Assembly (NCBI GenBank): GCA_051439605.1
Contig: JBFRWN010000017.1
Span: forward strand, 64,001-128,000
DNA from: Synechococcus sp.
Lineage (GTDB): Bacteria; Cyanobacteriota; Cyanobacteriia; Thermostichales; PCC-7336
Direction of reading: 5' to 3'
DNA length: 64,000 bases
The notes under the pieces are model-generated. The model was given only the letters and a program-made list of their open reading frames with translations. It was not told the origin of the DNA and ran no database searches. The position numbers and the translations under genes were made by a program. This document shows, piece by piece, positions 9,572 to 18,901 of the stretch; the stretch's first letter is position 1; each line of letters starts with the position of its first letter.

Positions 9572-10936
9572 ATGAAGCGTAATACTGCAATCTTGGTTGC
9601 TGTTGCACTAGTCTGCAGTTTTGGGATCGCCGTTTTGGAGTTTGGGCCCCAGAGGGTTCAGCAACAGAGACGCGTGCAAAGCGAGCAATTGCTGCAGATT
9701 CCCCCCGAAGAGGTCAAGAGTCTGACTATCCAGAAAGCTGATGAAACCATTGTGCTGGATCGGATCGGGGACAGTCGTTGGCAACTGCTGCGGCCTTTAG
9801 AAACGCAGGCGGAAACCGGTACCGTTCAGTTGCTGATCGAGGGGCTCGTCTCGGCAGAAGCCCCCCCGATTGGCGGGGGCGAGGACTCGGCTACCGTAGA
9901 CTTGGATGCTTTTGGGTTGGCTCTCCCCCAGCAGACGCTGATTGTAGAACGCGAGGAGGGGGAATCCAGGATCTTATTTGGGGACAACACCTTTGATAAT
10001 TCGGGTATGTACGTTCAGGTGGATAGCGGCCCCATTCGTATTCTCGAACTTAGCTTGACCCCGCAGCTAACCCCAAGTTTGTACGCTCTGCGAGACAAAT
10101 CCCTGACAGATTGGGCAGTTGCCGACCTACAGACCTTTGAGGTGGTAACTCAGGATGAGACGATTGCGCTGGTTCGCCAGGACGATAGCTGGCGACTGGA
10201 GAATCGACCCAATGTTCCTTTAGATGCTTCTGCCTTTGCGGATACCCTCTCGCAGGCGTCGTTTTTGCAAGCCAGTCAGTTTGTTGCGGAAACTCAATCG
10301 GAGTTGGCAACCTACGGGCTCGATTCCCCCACGTTGGTACTGAAAGCGGGCCTTGCAGACGGCAGTACCCAGACGTTGGCTATCGGTTCTGAGATGAAGA
10401 CGGACCCCAGCTCTGTTTACGCTATCTCTAGCGAACGGGATGGGGTGGTTGGCATTGCAACCACTAATCTCGATACCATTGCTAAAACTGAGTTCGAGCT
10501 GCGGGATGGCAGCTTAGGCCCCATTTCCTCTTTCCCTACCGGCAAGATTGCGATCGTCTCCAGCGATCCTGCACTCAGTCGCTCTTTATCCCCCGCCACA
10601 TCATCAGACGCGGGTTCTGAGCAATGGACGATCTCCGATGACCCCGATCGTCTCATCTCCATTGATGCCTTCTTGACCCCCTTGAGCGATGCCAGGGCCA
10701 AGCAATTTCTTCCTGCGGACGATGCTACGGCCACTGTTCTGTTGGAAAACCCATCGTTTTCGATTGAACTGTCACCGCTCGAAGGGGTGGCGAACGATCC
10801 TTTGATGCTGGAGTTTGCCCCCAGCGAAACCGAGCTGTACGTGCGCACCAGCTACAATTCCGATATTTTGCTGCTCGATCGCCAGTTCTACGACTTGCTT
10901 GAGACAGCGATCTCAACATTCAAACCTGCAACTTAA
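9572..10936 (+). CDS. DUF4340-type membrane-anchored periplasmic protein, partner of GldG
   Basis: N-terminal anchor, repeated W.L...P...A and L..(F/Y)GL..P motifs, LRDK; directly follows the GldG-like gene. Confidence 0.78.
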   Translation: MKRNTAILVAVALVCSFGIAVLEFGPQRVQQQRRVQSEQLLQIPPEEVKSLTIQKADETIVLDRIGDSRWQLLRPLETQAETGTVQLLIEGLVSAEAPPIGGGEDSATVDLDAFGLALPQQTLIVEREEGESRILFGDNTFDNSGMYVQVDSGPIRILELSLTPQLTPSLYALRDKSLTDWAVADLQTFEVVTQDETIALVRQDDSWRLENRPNVPLDASAFADTLSQASFLQASQFVAETQSELATYGLDSPTLVLKAGLADGSTQTLAIGSEMKTDPSSVYAISSERDGVVGIATTNLDTIAKTEFELRDGSLGPISSFPTGKIAIVSSDPALSRSLSPATSSDAGSEQWTISDDPDRLISIDAFLTPLSDARAKQFLPADDATATVLLENPSFSIELSPLEGVANDPLMLEFAPSETELYVRTSYNSDILLLDRQFYDLLETAISTFKPAT

Positions 10937-11313
10937 CTTTAATCAGGGACTTATCGCCTTGGGCATGCGGTTCGGGTTCCGGTAAGAAGGGTAAGTCGAA
11001 TTGTCCTCAAGTGCAGGACAGACAGCTTGGCAGGTTAGAGAGCAGGTAATATTCCCTAGGATTTGCTGTTGACAGGTCCGCAAATCCATTCGAGCTATGG
11101 CATTTCCTCCACAGATGGCAGAGATCTCAGGGTGAGTCTGGGTAAGTTAGCGAAAACTAATCCATTGAATCTAGGCTTATAGACTTTTCAATCCCGACGG
11201 CGCCAGTCTCGGTTTGGCAGTCTAGAACTTGAAATGCCCTACGCAGCTCGATCGTCGCGATAGATTCTCGGTGCAGTATTAGCCACAGATTGCATGTTGA
11301 AAGGAGACAGTAG

Positions 11314-12168
11314 ATGCTCGGGCGGTTGTTGAAATGGGGAGCGCTACTGTTGCCGGTGGGGACGATCGCCCTGATGACCCCTGCGAGAGCTGGACTTCAT
11401 CAGCTCGTGACGGAAGCCGATATCAATATCCTTTTCCAAAGGATGAATCCTATTCAGAAGAACTCGTATTCATCTCTGGAACGCAAGGAGATGAACGAGA
11501 TTATCCTGACGCTAATAGAGACCGGCATCGATGTTTATTTCACCGATGATGACCTGGGTTCGCTTGGCGGATTTTACGAGCCCGGTCGGGGTATTGTGGT
11601 GATTACCCAATTGGGTTTGAGCTACGATACGAAGCTCACTTTGGAGGTACTGCGCCATGAAGCATTTCATGTCGTGCAGGACTGCGCATCCGGCCAAATG
11701 GGTGGGGATGTGGCTGCAGTGGGATTGGCCATTCCTAACTACGCCACGGAGCGGTTTGATGCGGTTAAAGATGGCTATCACAATACCTACACTCATAATC
11801 TAGAACGGGAAGCCTATTATGTTGAACGACTGCCGGGATATGCCACGTATGGTTTAGAGGCAATCTGCCTGGGTCGAGATGTCACTGCTCCAGATTTGCG
11901 CAATGCCTCAGCTCCCCCCCCTCGCGTACGCAATAACTGTGGCTCCCCCTACAGCGAGGCGTTCGATCGCTGGTATCCCGTCTACGTTCCAGAGAATCGT
12001 ATTGAGGAAATGCGCCTCCTGCACTGTAGGGATGCCTTCAACGAGTCACTCATGGTTAACGGTCGCTCGATGGTACAGATTGCAGTATTTGCGACCCCAG
12101 AAGGGGCGCGAAACTTTGCCCAACAGGTGGGGGGGGAAGTAGGGGCGCCTGTTACAGCCCAAAATTAA
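11314..12168 (+). CDS. Secreted putative zincin-type metallopeptidase with Cys-containing C-terminal domain
   Basis: Signal peptide (..ARA), LRHEAFHVVQDC (HExxH), downstream EREAY; AAAGGAG RBS. Confidence 0.65.
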   Translation: MLGRLLKWGALLLPVGTIALMTPARAGLHQLVTEADINILFQRMNPIQKNSYSSLERKEMNEIILTLIETGIDVYFTDDDLGSLGGFYEPGRGIVVITQLGLSYDTKLTLEVLRHEAFHVVQDCASGQMGGDVAAVGLAIPNYATERFDAVKDGYHNTYTHNLEREAYYVERLPGYATYGLEAICLGRDVTAPDLRNASAPPPRVRNNCGSPYSEAFDRWYPVYVPENRIEEMRLLHCRDAFNESLMVNGRSMVQIAVFATPEGARNFAQQVGGEVGAPVTAQN

Positions 12169-12197
12169 CGTAGGGATATCCGTAAGGGTGAACACGG

Positions 12198-12905
12198 CTA
12201 CAAGGCGATCGCTTCTCCAGCGGGAACGAGTTCTCTTCGCAACTCCTCCTGCAATGCTTCTGCCCATCCCCGCCAGGCGATCAATGTGGACGTGGAAGCT
12301 TTTTGGCACAGTTGAATTTTGCGCTCAGAGATATTCAGCCAGGAGTATAGTCCTCCTCCGTAGCTACTCCCACAGAGTTGGAAATCAATAGTATCTATCC
12401 AGGGGCGGGCAAAGTAATGGGGTTGACCGTCCAAGGGCATGACGTACTCGAACCAAATGTAGATACGGAATTCCTCAACGGTAAACTCCACGAACTCAGA
12501 GGTTTCTAAACCATTTTGAGTATCAAAACCCTGACACGAAAAATCCGGTCGAATTTTTAGGTACCGTCGAATCCGCTTCCCCATCTCCTGAACAGAGGTT
12601 GGCAAGAAAGGTTCTAACTCCTCTACGTTGCTCTCTCGTCTCGCCTCGCTTCGGCTAGCGAGCTCGCACAGCTCGTTGACATAATCTTGGGGTAGCTTAA
12701 TATGCTCAAGGATGAAGGCTTCCCAACTAGGGGCTACATGTCGCCAAGCCTCTTGCTGACGCCAATTTGCCAGCAACTCAGCAAATTGGTAGCAAACCTT
12801 CCCCCACATGCGAAACTCCTGCGACTGCTCCAACAGTTGCTTCATATACTCGTCAGAGTATGCGTCTACGCCCGATCGGGAAAAGTTCATGTTGGAGTAA
12901 GTCAT
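12198..12905 (-). CDS. Hypothetical protein
   Basis: 235-aa ORF with protein-like composition; no recognised family. Confidence 0.55.
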   Translation of the reverse strand: MTYSNMNFSRSGVDAYSDEYMKQLLEQSQEFRMWGKVCYQFAELLANWRQQEAWRHVAPSWEAFILEHIKLPQDYVNELCELASRSEARRESNVEELEPFLPTSVQEMGKRIRRYLKIRPDFSCQGFDTQNGLETSEFVEFTVEEFRIYIWFEYVMPLDGQPHYFARPWIDTIDFQLCGSSYGGGLYSWLNISERKIQLCQKASTSTLIAWRGWAEALQEELRRELVPAGEAIAL

Positions 12906-13171
12906 CCGTTGTTACCGGTGTCGCAGGATCCTGGGGAACTGACCGTCAATTAATAGACAAACAAGCTATGCCAATAGGTGCTTTCACTGGAATACCACAG
13001 AAGTCTATAAGCGAAATCTCGGAGTCGCCAATAAAGATTCAGTAATTCCATCTACACGTTATCACTTGCTTTAGAATATGCATCTTTCGAGTTGCAGTTC
13101 ATGTATAAAACAGCACTTTTAAGTCTCCTCCCCTGACGTCCTATTGCTTCTGACCGCAATACTACACCCCC

Positions 13172-13260
13172 CAGTCAAGCGACTAAATAACCCAGGTTGC
13201 CTAGAGTTATGCAGTCGGGCGATAAATGACCCAAGTTGCTAGTTATGCATTCAAGTAAAT
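13172..13260. repeat. Degenerate tandem repeat, ~36-40-nt unit, 2 copies plus a partial third
   Basis: cagtcaagcgactaaataacccaggttgcctagagttatg / cagtcgggcgataaatgacccaagttgctagttatg / cattcaagtaaat. Confidence 0.6.
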
Positions 13261-13272
13261 ATGAAAATAGAA

Positions 13273-13301
13273 TCCCCTCCAAGCCTGGAAACTGGAGGGG
13301 A
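13273..13301 (-). terminator. Probable intrinsic terminator downstream of hemE
   Basis: TCCCCTCCA-N11-TGGAGGGGA stem followed by a T-rich run on the minus strand. Confidence 0.6.
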
Positions 13302-13345
13302 CGATAATTTGCGAAATTATTGTTAACTACTGTATTGTTAAAGAC

Positions 13346-13492
13346 TTACTCCACGCCAATGGTCATCAGGAAGACACCATGCACCGGATCGGTAGTGCTG
13401 AAGTTATGACTACCCAACTGATAACAGCTCGTTTTTTCAGAAGCAGCCATCCCCAAAGCAGAACCTACGTTGAAGACTATGGGTTCCTTCAT
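13346..13492 (-). CDS. Possible 48-aa small protein (MKEPIVFNVGSALGMAASEKTSCYQLGSHNFSTTDPVHGVFLMTIGVE)
   Basis: Hand-translated ATG..TAA frame between the hemE stop and the terminator; alternative start at 13450; no recognised homology. Confidence 0.25.
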   Translation of the reverse strand: MKEPIVFNVGSALGMAASEKTSCYQLGSHNFSTTDPVHGVFLMTIGVE

Positions 13493-13560
13493 CCTCAAAA
13501 GTCTCTAATTGTATCTGGGCCTAAACCCTGAAGCGAATATTGGATAACTAGCGACTTACG

Positions 13561-14619
13561 TTAGTAGGAAAAAGACTGAACGGTATCAAAGAAGAAACGC
13601 ACGTTATCTTCAGGAGTAGTTCGGTGAATACCGTGACCCAAGTTCATGATGTGACCTGTGGGACCAGCTTTGCGAATTATGTCTAAGGTACGCTCGCGAA
13701 TGAGTTCTTTGCTGCCCAACAGCACCATCGGATCCAAGTTACCCTGAACTGCAATATCAGGTCCCAAACGCTTACGGGCTTCGCCAATATCAGATAGCCA
13801 ATCAACGCTAAATACGTCAACACCAGACTGACCCACACGCTCTAGCAAAGCTCCGCTCCCATTAATGTAGAGCACGAGCGGGGTTTCGGGATGAACAGCT
13901 TTCACTTGCTCGACGATACGCTGCTCGTAGGGCAGAGCAAATGCTTCGTAGTCAATCGGATTCAGTTGACCAGCCCAGGTGTCAAACATTTGCACCACTT
14001 GAGCGCCGCATTCAATCTGGTAAATCACGTAGCGGGCAATGGAGTCCGCCAGCTTGCTCAGGAGCTGGTGCAGGATTTCGGGGGCAGCGTAGGCCATTTC
14101 TTTGATAACGGCATAATCCTTTGAACTCTTACCTTCCACAGCGTAAGCCGCCAATGTCCAGGGGGCACCGACAAAGCCTAGCAGGGTCGCTTTATCGCCG
14201 ATTTCGCTCCGTAAAGTAGTGAGAATTTCTTTGATGAAGGGCAGGCTTTCTTCAGGATCGAGTTCCCTCACTGCATCGACCTGAGCTTGAGTGCGAATAG
14301 GGGGGTCAATAATTGGGCCAACGCTCTCGACCAGATCGAATGGAATCCCCATGCCATCGAGTGGGGTAAGAATGTCGGAAAACATAATCACGCCATCGGG
14401 CTGAAATGCTCGGAAAGGCTGCAGGGAAATTTCCACCGCCAGCTCGGGTTTCTCGCAACGCTCTTTGAAGCTGTATTTATCCCGTAAAACACGATATTCC
14501 GCCATATAGCGGCCTGCTTGACGCATCATCCATACAGGAGGCCGATCGATAGCTTCACCACGTGCGGCACGCAACAGGCGATCGCCCATGGTAGGAGGAG
14601 CGGATACAGAATTTGTCAT
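13561..14619 (-). CDS. hemE: Uroporphyrinogen decarboxylase
   Basis: [42 protein letters not shown]. Confidence 0.98.
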   Translation of the reverse strand: MTNSVSAPPTMGDRLLRAARGEAIDRPPVWMMRQAGRYMAEYRVLRDKYSFKERCEKPELAVEISLQPFRAFQPDGVIMFSDILTPLDGMGIPFDLVESVGPIIDPPIRTQAQVDAVRELDPEESLPFIKEILTTLRSEIGDKATLLGFVGAPWTLAAYAVEGKSSKDYAVIKEMAYAAPEILHQLLSKLADSIARYVIYQIECGAQVVQMFDTWAGQLNPIDYEAFALPYEQRIVEQVKAVHPETPLVLYINGSGALLERVGQSGVDVFSVDWLSDIGEARKRLGPDIAVQGNLDPMVLLGSKELIRERTLDIIRKAGPTGHIMNLGHGIHRTTPEDNVRFFFDTVQSFSY

Positions 14620-14655
14620 TGCTAAATTAAAACTCTTCTGATTATTGAAAAAATT

Positions 14656-14703
14656 TGAGAAAGCTAACCCAGATCTTAAAACACTAGGGGGTTAGCTTTC
14701 TCA
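14656..14703 (-). terminator. 15-bp perfect inverted repeat between grxD and hemE (terminator-like)
   Basis: TGAGAAAGCTAACCC-N18-GGGTTAGCTTTCTCA, followed by AATTTTTT on the minus strand. Confidence 0.65.
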
Positions 14704-14776
14704 CTTCAGGAGTTGCAAATTGTGAAGCTGGGGGGGCGGTATTGTAATTATCCGGAGTCAATAAGGAGACGCTGAA

Positions 14777-15109
14777 TTAGGCAGTAGCCCCTTCAACCGC
14801 AGCTTTGACGATAGGTTCTAGCTCTCCGCGTTGGTACATCTCTAAGGTAATGTCGCAACCACCAAGAAATTCGCCATCTACGTACACTTGGGGGATCGTG
14901 GGCCAGTTTGAAAAGGTTTTAATACCCTGGCGGATGTCGTTATCTTCCAGCACGTTCACGGTTTGGTAGGGGTAGCCCATTCTTTGAAAAACCTGAATAG
15001 TTGCTGCCGAAAATCCGCATTGAGGAAACTCAGGGGTTCCCTTCATATAGATCATGACTGTGTTGTCAGAGATCTGCTTTTGGATAACTTCATGGATATC
15101 TTGGCTCAT
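14777..15109 (-). CDS. grxD: Monothiol glutaredoxin (Grx4, CGFS type)
   Basis: MKGTPEFPQCGFS, SNWPTIPQVYV.GEFLGGCDI. Confidence 0.95.
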   Translation of the reverse strand: MSQDIHEVIQKQISDNTVMIYMKGTPEFPQCGFSAATIQVFQRMGYPYQTVNVLEDNDIRQGIKTFSNWPTIPQVYVDGEFLGGCDITLEMYQRGELEPIVKAAVEGATA

Positions 15110-15321
15110 AGTTGAGTCTCCGCAAAGGCGAACTAAATGAATTCTCCTGAGTGTCGATCGAGACGATCGCACGTCTCATTGTATTCAAGACTTGTTGCTT
15201 GGATGTTTGGCCCGGGTAACTGCTTGAATCGTTATGGAGAAGGTAGGCGTGACGTAGGACAAAACCAAAAACTCAATGAATCGAAATCGAATGAGGTGTT
15301 CCTACGCCACCAGAAGCAGGT

Positions 15322-16248
15322 CTATTCTATCGAGGTTTGAGGGCTCCAGATTACCACAACGGCATAGTTGTCCAAGAAGCGATCGCGCTGATTTTGGTTG
15401 CGTAACTCCCACGCATCGCTGTTCGAGATTACCAAATCGTACCCTTGGGTTCGTTCCGCCTTAATCGTGTGGGGTCGTTCGCCAATGCGCCCAATCAGCT
15501 GGCGAGCTTCATCCTCGCTAGTGACAAAAGAGGCAGTACCGTTAATCGATACCTGCGAAGTATTCAACTGTCGATTCGTTTCAGGGGTGGTATACACTTG
15601 GTTGCCATCTCGGTCGAACAGCCGCATGGACATGCTGGGCAGAAAATCGAGCTGACGGGCGTCTACAATCAAGCCTGTCATATTGGGGATGTAATCTGTA
15701 CGGGTACGCCTGGGACCGTTACCATCTCCGGTTCCGTTGCCATCGCCAAAACCACTCCCCGAACCTTCTCCAGGCTGCCCTGTTCCCGACTCTCCGGTTC
15801 CACCAGTCCCGGTTCCGACTGAGCTTCCCGAACCAGCGGTATCTCCTCCCCCTTGATTGGCGGTGCCGCTGGAATTCTCTTGCCCTCCTTCACCTCCTAA
15901 TTCACCACGACCGAGGGCGTCATCACCAGACTTGTCCGCTGCTTCCGGTCCAATTTCTTGGCTAGCACCAATGTCCAATTCGAAGGTGGGGGAATGATTT
16001 GCCGAAGCCCCAAAATCCAACTGAGATGGTTTCGATTCCTCCCCGTCATCCATTTCCTGGGTGGATGGTTGAGGTTGTGCAGTTCGCTGGAGTTGCCCGG
16101 CCTCCGCCTCCATCTTTTCGGACAGCGGGGGCTCGTTAGCTTCAGAAGGGGGAGTTTGGCCATACCCGCGACCGTCGATGACCAACACAACCACGGCGTA
16201 AAGGGCCAGCAGGGAGGAGCGGAGAAACAGTTGAGCAGGTGCAGACAT
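15322..16248 (-). CDS. Hypothetical exported protein with Gly/Ser/Thr-rich linker and compact C-terminal domain
   Basis: N-terminal hydrophobic segment, acidic region, GTGTGGTGESGTG..GDGNGTGDGNG linker, TGLIVDAR...PSMS.RLFD..G..VY domain. Confidence 0.65.
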   Translation of the reverse strand: MSAPAQLFLRSSLLALYAVVVLVIDGRGYGQTPPSEANEPPLSEKMEAEAGQLQRTAQPQPSTQEMDDGEESKPSQLDFGASANHSPTFELDIGASQEIGPEAADKSGDDALGRGELGGEGGQENSSGTANQGGGDTAGSGSSVGTGTGGTGESGTGQPGEGSGSGFGDGNGTGDGNGPRRTRTDYIPNMTGLIVDARQLDFLPSMSMRLFDRDGNQVYTTPETNRQLNTSQVSINGTASFVTSEDEARQLIGRIGERPHTIKAERTQGYDLVISNSDAWELRNQNQRDRFLDNYAVVVIWSPQTSIE

Positions 16249-16759
16249 GGAACCTATTCGCTAGATGGCTGGAGTGCACTCAAAGATTGTGGCTACGGTC
16301 ACGGGGAGTGGTAAGCCCAGAGGCAGAACTAAACCATCGCAAACCACAGAAATACAAATCAAAATTGCCAATCGCGTAATTATCGCCAGCAGATAATGAT
16401 TTTCGACAATCCCCATAGTATCCACACTGCTTGGGATGAGTAGGCGCTTAAGCGCAGAAACCGAACCAAGTGTTACGCAATCTCAGTAGCTTGTGACAGC
16501 TGCCATAAAAAAATACTGGGTCAAGTTGGACTGTTTAGCCACTTGAATAATGGAGAACAATCTCCCCCGTTGAATTGTCGATCAAAAAGTTTGGCCGTTG
16601 ATGGGTGTTTTTAGCTGCCGAGTCACTAAAGTAGACTTGACATGAAGAACGGGAGTTTCGGTCAATGACACGCAGCTATAGTGGCTTGCTGCAATAAATA
16701 CATATCTGTCATCCACAGTACTCTATCGCTAATCTGCTTTTCTCCTGTATGGCAATCGG

Positions 16760-17683
16760 ATGAATGAGTCAATTTCAGCTATCAATTCTCGGCAACAGGC
16801 TGTTCAGCGTGTGCTGTTGATCACGCTGGTTCTCAATGTGCTGGTGTTTGCAATCAAGATCGTTCTTGGGCTCAAAACTGGCTCCCTCAGCCTGATTGCA
16901 GATGCGCTGCATTCTGTTAGCGATAGTGCAAGCAATATCCTTGGGTTGGTGGCCATTCGGATGGCAAAGCCCGAACCGGATTGGGATCATCCCTACGGTC
17001 ACTCCAAATTTGAATCGATTGGTGCCTTGGGAATTGCGGCATTCCTAGTCGTGGCTTTTTTAGAAATTATCAAGGTGGCTTTCGAGCGCATTCTTCACGC
17101 CGGAACTACCAAGCCGCTTTCGATTGATGACCTGACCCTGCAAATCATGGTTATCGTTTTGCTCATCAACATTGTCGTAACCTTGTACGAACGCCAACAG
17201 GGAAAACGTCTTGACAGCCGTCTGTTATTAGCAGATGCTCGCCACACTCTCAGCGATGTGGGTATTACGCTCGTAGTGTTGTTGGGGTTGTGGGGAACGC
17301 AACAGGGCTGGATATGGCTAGACACAGTCCTCGCCTTTCCCATCGGTGCCTTAGTACTGTGGAGTGCCTGGGAAGTTCTGACGGAAAATGTCCCCGTTCT
17401 CACCGATCGCGTCGCGATCGCTCCTACTGCCATCTACGATCGGGTGATGTCGGTGGAAGGGGTCCTGAATTGTCACGAAATTTCTTCGCGAGGGGTGGTT
17501 GGGCAGCGGGTGTTTGTGGAAATGCATCTGGTGGTCAAACCGTTGGACGTGGAGTCAGCCCACAGAATTTCCGAGTTGGTGGAGCTGGCACTCCAGGAAA
17601 AATACGGTGAAATCCATGCCACCATTCACCTCGAACCCCACGATTACATCGAACCTTTCGAGGACTCTCCCCATCCCCATTAG
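16760..17683 (+). CDS. Cation diffusion facilitator (FieF/CzcD-like) transporter
   Basis: SLSLIADALHS.SD, PD.DHPYGHSKFE, LLADARHTLSD, C-terminal AH.ISE and IHLEP. Confidence 0.93.
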   Translation: MNESISAINSRQQAVQRVLLITLVLNVLVFAIKIVLGLKTGSLSLIADALHSVSDSASNILGLVAIRMAKPEPDWDHPYGHSKFESIGALGIAAFLVVAFLEIIKVAFERILHAGTTKPLSIDDLTLQIMVIVLLINIVVTLYERQQGKRLDSRLLLADARHTLSDVGITLVVLLGLWGTQQGWIWLDTVLAFPIGALVLWSAWEVLTENVPVLTDRVAIAPTAIYDRVMSVEGVLNCHEISSRGVVGQRVFVEMHLVVKPLDVESAHRISELVELALQEKYGEIHATIHLEPHDYIEPFEDSPHPH

Positions 17684-17754
17684 GGGGACCGAACTTGCCA
17701 TCCTATGGGTATTTGGGATACATAAAAAACTTCTCCGAAATATTTTAATTTTGG

Positions 17755-17784
17755 TTGACAAGCGTAAATCTGCCCCCTTAGGAT
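17755..17784 (+). promoter_or_regulatory. Probable tRNA-Glu promoter
   Basis: TTGACA-N18-TAGGAT about 40 nt upstream of the tRNA. Confidence 0.5.
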
Positions 17785-17825
17785 GGTTGAGGTCGAAGGG
17801 CAGAATGCCCTAAAGACAGTGGCTA

Positions 17826-17898
17826 GCCCCCATCGTCTAGAGGCCTAGGACACCTCCCTTTCACGGAGGCGACAGGGGTTCGAATCCCCTTGGGGGTA
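17826..17898 (+). tRNA. trnE: tRNA-Glu (TTC)
   Basis: GCCCCCATCGTCTAGAGGCCTAGGACACCTCCCTTTCACGGAGGCGACAGGGGTTCGAATCCCCTTGGGGGTA; canonical cloverleaf, anticodon TTC. Confidence 0.98.
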
Positions 17899-17899
17899 T

Positions 17900-17931
17900 A
17901 AAAAAAAGCGACGCCTCAGCGTCGCTTTTTT
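17900..17931 (+). terminator. Bidirectional intrinsic terminator after tRNA-Glu
   Basis: AAAAAAAAGCGACGC-CTCA-GCGTCGCTTTTTT. Confidence 0.85.
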
Positions 17932-18089
17932 ATGTTTTGGCCTGGCAAATCAATACGTGGGCTTAACTTCTTCGAGTCTTCTAACGAGCCCTGGCACCGG
18001 AGAGCAGCCAGTGTTCTATCGCTCCCGGTTGAGTGAAGGTGAAGTGATGACAATGGTAATTGCTTGACTATGGTTCTGGCAGTCTTATC

Positions 18090-18300
18090 TCAAAGGGAAA
18101 AACATGAAGTAGAAGTTGGTCAAGCTGAAAGACAAAATCCTTTGGGGCAAGGACTCGCTCATCGAGACGGTCAACGACCAACTCAAGAATATTCTCCAGA
18201 TCGAGCATTCTCGCCATCACAGTATCTAGAATATCGCGATCAATCGGCGGCTGGATTAGCTGCATATACCTAGTTGACCCACGATGCCTTCCTTAGACCT
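18090..18300 (+). pseudogene. IS982-family transposase C-terminal remnant
   Basis: Hand translation [42 protein letters not shown]...AGLAAYT*..PSL matches the IS982 signature [22 protein letters not shown], with stops and frameshifts. Confidence 0.82.
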
Positions 18301-18901
18301 TCAACACAAGGGACTCAAGGCTCTACCACCAGCACTCTTCTTAACATAGGATACTGTCGAACTGACGTACCCAAAAGTAGTTCTAACTTCTTACATGCAT
18401 AAATTGCTACCGATCCTTGATGCCATTTCAAAAAGTGGTCAGTCCTAGTGCACACCAAAAGCAAGGGAGACTGGACTTCCCAGACAATCGTTTACCTGTC
18501 CAGGGCTACCAAAAAGACTTTGTATCTGATCTAAGTGGCATCTTCATTAAAAATATAAATTTCCCCGTACGTACCGCGGCCAATGAAAAAGCCTGAGATC
18601 GGAAGCTCTCCTTTGAAACAAAAGACTGTTTCTGCATCAGAGTTTTTGATTTCATACCTCCAAGAATGTGCAATTTAATAGGTTCATAAGACTTTCACAA
18701 AAGCAATTACTGAGAAGTCAAACCCAAAAAATATCCTTTACAAATTCCTACTAAGTAGAAGCACCGATGAAGCGATCAACACTCTTCATGTAGTTTCATC
18801 TCACGTCAAACTTCTCATAGGCACCTATTAATCTTTTTGCGCTTCACCTCCTGAAGAAGCGTTCCGATTATGGTGCCAGTAATAAAAGTTCCTTAGCAGT
18901 T

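Noticed and set aside
10940..11300. Intergenic hairpin (GGATTTGC...GCAAATCC) and a 48-aa Cys-spaced minus frame; considered SRP RNA, riboswitch or RiPP precursor
   Set aside because: Lacks SRP and riboswitch consensus motifs; no modification enzymes nearby.
13172..13260. Possible mini-CRISPR array
   Set aside because: Units are directly adjacent without unique spacers, degenerate, and no cas genes are present.
16261..16416. 51-aa hydrophobic minus-strand frame upstream of the Gly-rich protein gene
   Set aside because: No RBS or homology; plausible by chance.
17860..17900. tRNA-Glu 3' end as an attL site
   Set aside because: No duplicate of the tRNA-Glu 3' end found at the right border, and its terminator follows intact.
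18064..18273. Short overlapping ORFs of 69 aa (+) and 65 aa (-)
   Set aside because: They are off-frame and antisense shadows of the IS982 relic.
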